From Callorhinchus milii (lineage: Eukaryota): a stretch of 64,000 nt of DNA. The stretch spans positions 7,316,001-7,380,000 of the forward strand of contig NW_024704762.1 in the NCBI RefSeq assembly GCF_018977255.1, written 5' to 3'. The notes beneath the pieces were generated by a model that made no database searches, had not been told where the DNA came from, and saw only the letters and a list, made by a program, of their open reading frames with translations. Of this stretch, positions 12,169-22,858 are shown in pieces. The translations under genes were made by a program, and so were the position numbers. Position 1 is the first letter of the stretch. Each line of letters begins with the position of its first letter.

Positions 12169-12253
12169 GAGCCGCCTCAAGTGACTGTGAACTGCGAGCC
12201 CGAATCTCCAACTGTTGAAGAACTCTCAAAAGCAGAGTTGCTAAAAACTGAGG
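12169..12253 (+). CDS. SGTA: SGTA coding exon 3
   Basis: EPPQVTVNCEPESPTVEELSKAELLKTE(G); phase 0-1. Confidence 0.92.
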
Positions 12254-12800
12254 GTAAAAATCAATAATGTTTGGCTGTTTGTACATGATCTAGTAGTTTG
12301 AAACCGAAGTAACAGCTTGTGTGAAAAGTTCAGGTTTGGGGTGTTTTGTGGTGGACTACATTTGTTAGAATGTTTTGAGCTGGTGAAAGTTCTGCATTTG
12401 TTAAACAGATTTTATGTTGGTGTACCACAGTGTTATGTTAGTTTTCAATGTTTCTTTTAATATTTCTAGGGAGTTTAGGCTTCTGATAATGTGCACGCTT
12501 CATGGAACAATAACAATAGCCCTTGCATTTGATATAGCGCCATGTAACTGAAAATCTTAGTGTTTCACAGAATATATTGTAAAGTGGAGTGACTGCATTT
12601 TGTGGGCGAAACAAGACAACCAATTGCGCACAATTCAAATTGAGCTATGCAGTGTATTCCTAATTATCTAACCTGTTGAAAACCATAACTCTTTGTTCTT
12701 ATATTGGGAATTAACGATGAGGAAAGATGGGCAAGTGTAGGAATGGAGCATTCTCAATAATATATGTTAATTCTTAATTTTTCCCCGTTTGATTATTCAG

Positions 12801-12900
12801 GCAATGAGCAAATGAAAGTAGAAAATTACCAAGGTGCTGTTGACTTCTATTCAAAAGCTATTGAACTAAATCCTAAAAATGCTGTTTATTTTTGCAACCG
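12801..12900 (+). CDS. SGTA: SGTA coding exon 4 (TPR1)
   Basis: [34 protein letters not shown]. Confidence 0.96.
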
Positions 12901-13291
12901 GTAAGAAGAATACTTTTTTATTTGTTTGTTCCAATCTAAAATCTCATTGCAGCTATTTTGATTTCTGTAACTACAGATGTGTTGAATTGTAAACCTATCC
13001 AATTTTTTTTTAAACTCACTCTTTTCTAGGATGTCAAAATTCCTTTCCTCCTTCAGTCTGCTCTTCCTTCTATACTCAACGGGTTTTTAAATTCTAGCTT
13101 GCCATCCCCACTAATTATCAAGTTATCTTGCCCTCATTCCAACTTTTTAACCTGGGTGTTTTAGATACTTGGACTTTCAACTTAGTTGCTTGGTTAAGGG
13201 GGAATTCAAAACCCCATCTTGCTGCCCTGTCACAATTTGTTTCAAAAACTCTCAGCTTCACTTGATTGATATATTTGTGTTCCTTTTGCAG

Positions 13292-13396
13292 GGCAGCAGC
13301 ACTCAGTAAACTTGGAAACTATGCTGGAGCTGTTCAAGATTGTGAAAAGGCGATTGCCTTCGATCCAAGTTACAGCAAAGCCTATGGAAGAATGGG
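13292..13396 (+). CDS. SGTA: SGTA coding exon 5 (TPR2)
   Basis: [35 protein letters not shown]. Confidence 0.96.
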
Positions 13397-13735
13397 GTAA
13401 ATAATGCCTGTCGATCTGAGCTACTGATATCCCTGTCCTGACCAAGCTCCATAGTGATCCAAGGCTGGGTTAATGAGTAACCGACAATATAATTCTCTTA
13501 AGTAAAAAAAAGTACACCACACTAACTTGCAGGAACTCCTTCCAACTCGGTCTACCTTCAAAGCAGGTTTCCTGCATGTTGAAATCCTGTTGACTGGAAG
13601 GAGTTTGCAGTAGATTCCTTAACCAGAAAATTTAGTTTGAAATGGTTGAAATGTCCCTGAAGTTCTAAAGAGCATTTAAGTCCATTCCTATGGGTTTTTA
13701 AAAAAAAACTCAGATTGTTTTTGACTCCTTTTCAG

Positions 13736-13874
13736 GTTGGCCTTGGTTAGTTTAAATAAATACAGCGAGGCTGTTAATTACTATAAAAAGGCTCTCGAGC
13801 TGGATCCTGAGAACGAATCGTACAAAGCGAACCTGGGCATCGCAGAACAGAAGATCAAAGATGCTCCGAGTCCA
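13736..13874 (+). CDS. SGTA: SGTA coding exon 6 (TPR3)
   Basis: [46 protein letters not shown]. Confidence 0.96.
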
Positions 13875-14573
13875 GTAAGTACTAAAACAAACCAATGTCA
13901 ATGCTGGGAATACACAGCAGGTCAGGCAGTATCTGTGGATGTGAGTCTCTCCATAGATGCTGTCAGACCTACTGCGTGTTCCAAGGTTTTTATTTCAGAT
14001 TTCCAGCATCTGCAGTATTTTACCTAATGTCAATCCTATCCACTCGTGAAATTAAAATAAGATTATTTGATCTACAAGGTTGGTCAACATTTTAATAAAA
14101 GCAGAATAGAATGCAAAATCATTTCCACGGCTTTTGGTTTTCTTAAAAAAAAAAGGCTGCCGAATCAGCTGTTTTTATTTTAAGTTTACATTTGTTACTT
14201 GGCGTAATCAGTTATTGCAAGATTTGTACGAATCTCACATACAAAATGTAACTTCATTTGTCAAGCTGTTCTGCCAATAATGGTGATTGAACAACGTTGT
14301 ATTGTCTGGCAACTTTCTGTTCAGCCACTTCACAGTCACTGTTAGAATGCTGAGTTTGCCAGGAGGCTTGGGTACACAGTCCATTTCTGAGAGTGAATGA
14401 AAAACTGAAAAGTTTTGCAGAAATGAGAAGGTTTTTCCATGGTGGCGAGAGGCTTCACAATACCTGAAAGAGCAATAGATTCTTCTGTCTCCTTGATGAC
14501 CCGTCCCAATAGTATGAGAAAACCTTTATTATCAGCTCATTAACTTTTTTGTTTTGTTTTTTCTTCCCTTCAG

Positions 14574-14636
14574 ACAGGAGGTAGCAGTGGGTTTGACCTG
14601 GCCGGTTTACTGAACAACCCGGGCTTCATGAATATG
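14574..14636 (+). CDS. SGTA: SGTA coding exon 7
   Basis: TGGSSGFDLAGLLNNPGFMNM (NNP motif). Confidence 0.94.
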
Positions 14637-15648
14637 GTAATTATTACCAATGGAAATGCTTTCCTCCTTCCATTTTGGTTTGCATTTGCTTTGCTGCTCA
14701 TGCACTCCTACCTTCACCCCGAGGCAGGGTAAGGTGACTACGCATCACAGATTTCCATTGCCAGGAGCACCACAGAGGTTCTGCAAGCAGTTGGACAGCT
14801 AGAAATGTGCATTACTTGGCAAGGTGCACAAGTTGCACATTAGCTTTCCTTGCACTTGAAATCTTAAAGTGGATCACTCCATCTGAGTGGCAGGTGATAC
14901 CCAAGCTAGCTGTAGTGGCAGTCCTTCACTTGGAAGCCACACTGAGTCTGCTTGAATGGACTGCAATACAACAGCAGGCCTCAAGACCAAGGAACAAACT
15001 TTTCTTTCACTGAGTGTCATTTATACCTTGTGATCAAAAGCATTTTTTTTGTTATTTGTACTTCAATGTTGATTGAATCAGAGCTGTGTAGCTTCCCCAA
15101 CGGCTTTGAGTTTAGTGAGTAGTTGGAAAGGGCCCAGGTTTCACCCCTGGTCGGTGCTGAGTTAGTTGATCTCAATTGTGGTAGTAATTAAGGCTACAGT
15201 TGGCCTCTGCATCCTAGGGAAGGGAAAATACTTCATATTCCCCCCTCCTCATCCCACTTCATGCCCCCTTAATTCTCTTCATTCCCTCACCCTCAAATTG
15301 TAGGTGGTGCAACATTTTTTCCTTTCTCCCTCCTTCCCCCAAGCCAGAAAGAAGAAGCGGAGAATTAAACATTTTCAGCAGTGCAGAGAGAAAATAAATC
15401 AACACTATTTAGAAAAAGAAATAATAATTTGGTCACTCAATCCATGACTGTTTGTGGAACACTACTGTGCACAATTGGCTGCCCCGCTTTGCCCACAAAA
15501 TTTATAGTCAATTCACTTTACTGTATATTCTGTGAAACACTTTGAGATGTCTCGAAAATTTGATAAGGCGCTATATGAAATGTAAGGATGATTATTATAC
15601 AAACCTTTTAACGTAAAATGCACATTTGGAAACGTGTTTTCTTTTCAG

Positions 15649-15686
15649 GCATCCAACCTGATGCAGAACCCACAAGTCCAGCAGTT
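15649..15686 (+). CDS. SGTA: SGTA coding exon 8
   Basis: ASNLMQNPQVQQL; 38 nt, phase 0-2. Confidence 0.93.
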
Positions 15687-15796
15687 GTAAGTCTTGTCTC
15701 TCTCATTGACTTCTCCTTTTCCCACATTTACTTTGTTAAAGATGATGGAGATTTTGTCCAATAACATGTACTTTTTTTAATAATTTGCTCTGGCAG

Positions 15797-15889
15797 AATG
15801 TCTGGCATGATGTCTGGGTCCTATGGGCCAGCGATGGGAGGGGCTGGCCCAGGAGCCGGAGCTAATGATATCGCTGGCCTTATCCAAGC
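15797..15889 (+). CDS. SGTA: SGTA coding exon 9
   Basis: MSGMMSGSYGPAMGGAGPGAGANDIAGLIQA. Confidence 0.93.
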
Positions 15890-15935
15890 GTAAGTCTGTG
15901 CTTCTCTTTAAACTTTCTCTCGCTGCCTCTGCATT

Positions 15936-16250
15936 ACATAAGAACATAAGAATTTGCTAGGCGAAAGAAGACCAAGATCCATCTGATTCGTCTTCCACCA
16001 TCCTGGCAGTCGCTTGACATGTTGTGTCCCAAACTATACACTATATCCCAAGATATTATCTTCTAGCTGAAATCTATCTTAATTTGTTCTTGAAACAAAT
16101 GACATTTTCTGCTTCCACCGTCTGTCTCTCCAGGGAGCCTGTTGCATAAGTTTACTACTCATTCACTGAAATAGTGTTCCCGCAGATTTCTTCTGAATCT
16201 AGCCCCGCTACAATCACAGCCCGTGTCCTCTGGTTCTACTATTCAATATT
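15936..16250 (-). mobile_element. CR1 LINE 3' fragment
   Basis: ACATAAGAACATAAGAA terminal repeat typical of reversed CR1 3' ends, followed by degenerate ORF2 end. Confidence 0.6.
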
Positions 16251-16516
16251 GGAGTGAAACACATCCGTGCAAAAAGTTTGCAATCCATCTGCCCATCATT
16301 TCTCTGTATCTCATTCCCTTTTTGATTTAATTTCTTTGTCGTTCACTGACCTGAGTCATGGGACTTCCAAATTATGAAGGATGATGATGGGGGTCAATAG
16401 ATCAGTTCCACTGGTCTCGAGTAGTGGCAACTGGGAGAGAGAGACAGGTCAACAGTTCCTCATACCCAAATCCAGGAGGACATTTTCTGAGACGACCCGT
16501 TTCTTTTACTGCGCAG

Positions 16517-16628
16517 GGGACAGCAGTTTGCACAGCAGATGCAGCAGCAGAACCCAGAACTGATCGAACAGCTACGGAGTCAGATTCGGAGCCGAACCCC
16601 TAGTGCCAGCAATGAGGAGCAATCCTAA
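16517..16628 (+). CDS. SGTA: SGTA coding exon 10 (Q-rich C terminus, stop)
   Basis: [36 protein letters not shown]; summed CDS 939 nt = 312 aa. Confidence 0.96.
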
Positions 16629-17194
16629 CAGCAGACCAGGTGAGGACCCAGCCTCCTGACTCTGTAGTCACCTCAATGTGTATAAGCAACTACATTTTGT
16701 TTGCCTACAAATTATACAGTAACTACACATTGCAGTAAATCCCGTGAAGTACTTTGAGACAACAACAAATTACATTTTTATAACGCTTTGGAGGATGTCC
16801 CAAAGTGCTGGACAGTCAAGGATTTGGACCCTAACTGGGGATTGGGATCAGGCGGGGTGGAGGGCTTGGAAGGTAGAGGTAGGAGAGTGACTGAAGCTGT
16901 GGTTGAAGAGGACGGTCTCGTAACGGGTCTTGAAGGAGGCCATGAAAGAAGCATGCTCTTGAACTACCAAATGCATCAGTGAACATAATACCAAAAGCCT
17001 CCCTGCTTTAGAACGTCCATTTTCTGATGTAGATGGAAGGAATGTTACACAGTTGCATGTAATTTTATATCCTTAAATTTCATTTTGAATCAGTACAAAA
17101 TGTGGTTTGATTCTTTTTAAACCCAGAAAGTCCAGGGATTTACTAAGTTATTAGGATTGGCGCCACTGACGCTCTTGTGTTCTTCCCTGTGCAG

Positions 17195-18660
17195 GGGTTG
17201 AAGGGACAGCTCGGACCCTCACCACAATGACTGGAGGATGTTCGTTCTTCATTTTGCCTTCGGGAACTTGAAGTTATGATTTGTACTGTGACTTGCATGT
17301 TCGGGCAGAACCTCCGATCGAAGAACCAACATTTTGTAAATACAGAATTAAAAAAACAAAACTGGGTTTTCAAAGCTTTTTTTAAAAAAAGCTACTATCA
17401 ACCTTTCATGGAATTTCTCTGTATTATGAGCTTTGTGATTTCACCCCCCCATTGTAATTTTTATTAGAATGTTCAAAGGAGCAGAACATCGCTATGTCAT
17501 CTCTCCAGAAATCTCCTCTTGTAAGAATTTCTTTTTCAAAACTACAAATTGAGATAGTTTGAACCTCCTCTACTGTTACAGACATATCCCTCACCGTTTC
17601 ACTTGCATAGCATTTATTTTTCTGTTTTTGTAAATGTATTCAAGTACGATGAGACAACAGAAGCCATATTTAATCAAATCCGGCTCACGCCATGAATTAA
17701 TTTAGCTGTCCTCTCATCTGTATCGCAGAACCGTGAGTAGAAGCTGGTGTGAGTGGAGAAGGGCCAATTTGTAGTATAAGGCTGAATGGTATTTGTTAAC
17801 GTGTTTGTCGAATCTTTGAGGGGAAATGTCAGGACACCTATTAACTGGAGAAGCAAGAACACCAGCACTATAAAAGCCAGACGTGTGGTTTTGTATTTGT
17901 ATTAATTTGAAAATTGTGTGAAATACAGACTGTCCATTACAGGAGATGAAAACTATTGGCAAACAAGCTATCATTGTTTAAAATGTAATCATTCAGTTTG
18001 TCATTGCAATTCAACAAACAGCGAGTCCCAGCCGGGTGTTTTGGCCGTGTTTGGAAAGCATTCTGGACGGTAGCTAACTGCACCTTGCACTGCCAAACCT
18101 CATTTTTTCATGCTAAAAATGAGGGTTTTAAACCTATTCTTTGAACTGTAGCAAAAAAGCTCGAATTTAATGTTTGGACTTTGTATTCGTTCCCTAATCA
18201 GAAAGCGAAGAGAGGACAGAAGAAAGTTAGATGTTTTCCTGTTGTCATGTGAGATCTTTTCCCGTCAAGAACTCCCTTCCGTTAAATGTTTGGGGGGGTG
18301 GGGGGGAGGACGAGTTATTCCTAACCCTTTTGTGGTGGTGTTTTCAGTGTGCATACTAACACATGGATTGTGCTGAATGGGCTAACATTGCCTTGGGGCA
18401 AATGCAACTTAAAGATTCAAGTAAGGCTTGGATACTAAAATAATTTTGTAATTTGCACATTAAAAACAAATTTTGCCCAGGGAGAGGATGGATCTGATTA
18501 TTGTCCTATGCGAGATGCAGCCTTTCCAGCCTGTTAGACGTAACTATGAGAGCAAGTTTGCAACACTTCATATTGATGAATATTTTCAGTAGATTGGTTT
18601 GATCGGAGGAGAAGAGGTAGTTTTTCTGTTTAAATAAATGAACATAAATATGTTGCATCT
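17195..18660 (+). other. SGTA: SGTA terminal 3'UTR exon (end approximate)
   Basis: Donor CAG|gtgagg at 16640; acceptor ttcttccctgtgcag ending 17194; ATTAAA near 18459 and AATAAA 18633-18638. Confidence 0.6.
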
Positions 18661-19899
18661 CAACTATTATAGCATAATCCTTGTGACTGACAGCTGCTTT
18701 ACTTAAGATTTGAATACAAATGAATTGCAAAGCCTTTATACATTTGTATTTTAAAATTGGTAGATTCCATGTTACATCCACACAAGAACAACAAACATTA
18801 AGTAACATTTGTGATGAGTCAAGGTCTCCTTGTGTAAAACAGTAATGGATACAGTTCTGTCCAGAAGCTTATTCTGTGTGTGTATGTATATATGTATATG
18901 TGTGGATGTATTATGCACATTTTGGATGTGGCTTCAAATCTTAGTCCAAGGCACTTCCTCTTCCAGTGAGTGTTGCTGGAAACCATTAGATTGGGTTTGG
19001 AAATGGCAGGCCAAAGCATCGATCATACAGCATACGATTGCCCTAGTAGTCTGAAGGAGTGGGTATTTCAGTAGGGCAGCCACTAGGCTTTCATTTGGGG
19101 CGGCTGAATATTGGAGAACTCTCAAACCTAGGCTCAAGGCTGAATGGATTCACAAAACATTATCCTGAATGTCCATTACCAAGAGTGTGAATCATAGTGT
19201 GTTTTTCCCCAGCTTGGAGATGTGGGTGAGTTTATATTGTGTTCCCAGTGATACTCCATGCTGGCAGGCATGCAGTGAGATTGAGTCAGCACCTGACCTG
19301 CTTGTAGTCTCTATCCGCAGGATTCCAGAGGTCTATACAGTCATTAAATTCTTTAAACCTCAAAAGCTGCATTTCAACAGTTGATTTTTTAAAAAAATAT
19401 ACGGTTGTGTGACCAGTGGGTGGCGATGTTGCTTAGCGTCATCTTATTTGAACCTATTCCAGGAAATCATCTAATTGCTTAATTTAGATTGCAAACGTGG
19501 GTTAATACCGTAAGCGTACGACTGCTACTGTCGAATAACTTTGTAGGAACAATGGCTCATCTAAACTTACAAAAAGAACCAATTTGAAGAAATACAACAC
19601 CTCACTGTCATCTTAACCAAAGAAAGCTTTAAAATGACAATGTGTGGGTGTTGACATATATATATGTGTGTGTGTGTATATATATATATGTCTCTATCAA
19701 TAGTTAGGGATTGGAATCAAGTTTGGGACATGACATGTGCAAGCGACTGCCAGGATGGTGGAAGGAGAAGCCGGAAGGACCTTTATCAAGCAATTTTATG
19801 TTCAATCAGAATCTTAACCCTCCCCCACACAAACCACCCCCTCCTCCCCCCCCCCCCCGCTCACACACACACACACACACACAATTAATTAAACTCTTC

Positions 19900-20241
19900 A
19901 GCAGTGACATCCAACCGGAACCATTCTCCCAGCCTCCTGTTGCGCCGCCGGAACCTTTATCCCCGCGGCCACCGGCCCTGGTGCCGACAGGGGAAGCTCG
20001 ACGGGCGGACTGTTAATGGGCGCCGGACCGGAAACTTCCAGTCGGCGCTGACAACGGTGTGACATGTATTGATGGGTGTGTTGGGTGTGTGTCGCGCATA
20101 TATATATATATATATATAGTGGAGGTGGGGGCGAGGAGATGAGTTCCTTTACAACACAAACACTGACGGGAAGTGGGCCGGAATGTTGTCGAGGCTGCGC
20201 TGCGAGAGGAATATCCGGTTCTGGGTACATGGAGGAGGCGG
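19900..20241 (+). promoter_or_regulatory. SLC39A3: SLC39A3 CpG promoter and non-coding exon 1
   Basis: CpG cluster with several ETS-type CCGGAA cores (about 19916, 19948, 20028, 20179); donor CGG|gtgagg at 20242. Confidence 0.7.
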
Positions 20242-20269
20242 GTGAGGATCTGGGAGTGAAGGACAGAGC

Positions 20270-20570
20270 CTGGTGTGGGGGAGGGGAGGGAGGGAGTCTG
20301 GGGGTGGGTGGAGGAGGGAGGGAGGGAGTGAGTAGGGAGGGTGAAGGGGGAGTGAGTAGGGGGGGGGTGGAGGGAGAGGTTGTGGAGGAGGGAGGGAGAG
20401 GGAGTGAAGGGGGCTTGAGGGGGAGAGGGAGTGAGTAGGGGGGGGTTGGAGGAGGGAGAGGGAGTGAAGGGGGGTTGAGGGGGAGAAGGAGTGAAGAGGC
20501 GCTAAGGGGGAGAGAGCGAGGCAAGCGGGAGAGAGGAGGAGTGAAGGGGCTGGTGGGGGTGAGGAGAAGA
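20270..20570 (+). repeat. G/A-rich degenerate minisatellite (GGGAGTGA-type units)
   Basis: Directly visible purine tract just after SLC39A3 exon 1. Confidence 0.85.
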
Positions 20571-21114
20571 GCCTGGAGTTATGCAGAGGAAAAATAATGC
20601 AAAGCATTGGGTGTAGTGAGACACCTGAACTAAATATCCAGGCTGATCTGTTATCAGCAGCTGCATTGGGGGCAGGGAATCTCCCCCCCCCCCCCACCCC
20701 CGCTATTAACCCTGCAAGCTAAAGCCCTAACAGTCCCAATCGTCTGCCCTTTCCTCATACCCTTTTGTAATATTTCTTCCCGGCCCCATCTGCCTTATTC
20801 CCTTCCGACACCCAACACAAAAATAAAAGAAATTACCTCAGAAATCCAAATCCACAACTACAAATCAATTAGGGGACATACTTAATCTTGTTTCCTTTTT
20901 ATTGTTTTGAAGTCTCCTAGTTGCTGTTGAATTGGAAACATTCACAGGTTCATCTCAGATGGCATCTCGGTTGTCCAATTCCTACCCGATGGAAGTCAGA
21001 TGGAACAGGAAAGAAGGTGGAGGTGCAACTTAACATTTTGAAAAAGGAGAGAACTGTTCCACATCCATGAACTCTCCTATCTAAAGGCTGAGAGCCAGGC
21101 ACCCAGAACTGATC

Positions 21115-21321
21115 ATGAACCTTGTGGTGGCCAAACTCCTGTGTATAATTGGAGTGTTTCTCCTGATGATGTTAGGCTCTCTGTTACCAGTTCGGTTGAC
21201 TCAGGGAGATCGTGCCAAAGTGCACAGGTCCAGGAAACTGCTCTTACTGAGCAACTCATTTGGCTGTGGAATATTTTTAGCTATCTGCTTCAACACTCTG
21301 CTGCCAGGAGTAAGAGAAAAG
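21115..21321 (+). CDS. SLC39A3: Zinc transporter ZIP3 coding exon 1
   Basis: MNLVVAKLLCIIGVFLLMMLGSLLPV...FGCGIFLAICFNTLLPGVREK then AAG|gtaagt. Confidence 0.93.
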
Positions 21322-21689
21322 GTAAGTTCTTTCCATGTAAGAGCAAATTCCCAGTGTAACTGATGTTTGAAGAGAGATTCTGGAGGAAGTTTTGTGATGA
21401 GTTTTGATTGTTTGCAAGGCAGAAGTCATGAACTAAAGCATAAGGATTTCTGGTAATAAGTCGATTAAAAATTAGGTGAACAGGCTTTACTTTGTTATTA
21501 TAGAAGGCATTTTTGCATTTCATTGTATTTATAGGAATTTTGGAACAATTATTATTAAGCAGTAAGTGAGTGGTTTGTTTTGAATATAAGCCACAAGATC
21601 ATATCCCAAATTCTAGAGATTACTTTTCTGACATTCAATATCTGGCTCCATTCTTGAAATGGTCAATTTGCACTGCAAGTCAGTTCTAA

Positions 21690-22020
21690 AGGTGCTGCTC
21701 ATTCTCCAGTTCGTTGTCCCAAGGGCGATTGTTCATATATTCACCCAGCTAGTGAATGTTGGTAAGTTACTTGACCATACTGGGGGTAGGGGTGGTGGGG
21801 AGAATTATAAACTGAGCTCAGATCTGTTCTCACCTTACGACTGACTGCACACATGTACTTTCCAGTAGGAATCCCTGGCCAGTGATCAGAAATGGGAGCC
21901 CTGGCTAGTCAAGATGCTAAGGCTAATTGTAGCTCCCAAATTGTAGTAAAGCTGAGATCAGTTCACTTAGGAGAGACCTGAGCTACAGCAGATGGTGCCT
22001 TTACTCACCAGGCCATTGTC
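21690..22020 (-). mobile_element. Older second SINE family (related copies about 15085-15230 +, 36040-36250 +, 41490-41620 -)
   Basis: Copies share CAGGTTCAATCCC..GGTC, TGATCTCA and CAATTRGCCT segments by eye; family name not assigned. Confidence 0.5.
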
Positions 22021-22117
22021 ATGGAGGACATTTTATATCATCAGTTGCAGAATAAACAGCTCGACTGATGTACTGTTAATTGCCAACTAAGAAACTGTTG
22101 CCTTCTCCCTGGTGCAG

Positions 22118-22858
22118 GTTGAAGAGGTTTTTAAACTTGGAAGCATGTGGACTGACTATCCACTGGGTGAGACGACCATGCTGGTGGGGTTTTTCCTCAC
22201 TGTCCTTATCGAGCAGATGATTCTAACGTTTAGGAAAGAGAAACCATCTTTCATTGCCTTGGAGACGTTCAACGCAGGGTCTGATGGTGGCAGTGACTCT
22301 GAGTGCGAGAGTTCCCTTATCTCCTTGGGCCAAGGCCAGGGTGAGGGGGAGTATGATCGCCGGCGTCCGGCTCGCGGGCCTGGCTTGACCCACTCTGAGA
22401 TCTCCTGCACCACCACTTTCCGTTTAGTCTGCCTGGCATTGGCCTTGTCCACTCACTCCATGCTTGAGGGGCTGACTTTGGGGCTACAGGAGCAAGGAGC
22501 CAAAGTGCTGAACCTGTTTATCAGCGTGGCTATCCATGAGGTGCTTGCCGCTACATCCCTGGGACTGAGTGTTGCAAAAAGAGCCTTGCCAATGACTTGT
22601 GCCCTGAAACTGGCCTGGACTGTCAGCCTGATGATGCCAATAGGAGTTGGCATTGGGATGGGCATTCACAGTGCCCAGAACATCGGCGGCAGCATTGCAT
22701 CACTCCTACTGCAAAGTCTTTCAGCGGGGGCCTTCCTGTTTGTTACGTTCTTTGAAATTCTGGGCAAAGAGTTGGAGGAGAAACATGACCGACTTCTGAA
22801 AGTGCTCTTTCTGATCCTGGGATACGGAATGATGGCAGGCCTCGCCTTTTTCAAGTGA
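22118..22858 (+). CDS. SLC39A3: Zinc transporter ZIP3 coding exon 2
   Basis: TDYPLGET...FRKEKPSFIALETFNAGSD; TM4 HSMLEGLTLG, TM5 AIHE; KELEEKHDRLLKVLFLILGY; total 315 aa; synteny fits. Confidence 0.94.
   Translation, partial: VEEVFKLGSMWTDYPLGETTMLVGFFLTVLIEQMILTFRKEKPSFIALETFNAGSDGGSDSECESSLISLGQGQGEGEYDRRRPARGPGLTHSEISCTTTFRLVCLALALSTHSMLEGLTLGLQEQGAKVLNLFISVAIHEVLAATSLGLSVAKRALPMTCALKLAWTVSLMMPIGVGIGMGIHSAQNIGGSIASLLLQSLSAGAFLFVTFFEILGKELEEKHDRLLKVLFLILGYGMMAGLAFFK

Noticed and set aside
19900-20241. Metal-response elements (TGCRCNC) in the SLC39A3 promoter
   Set aside because: Near matches (TGCGCCG, TGCGCTG) fail the consensus.
19898-20697. Pro/Ser/Leu-rich ORFs of 182-208 aa
   Set aside because: Reverse translation of the G/A-rich repeat tract.
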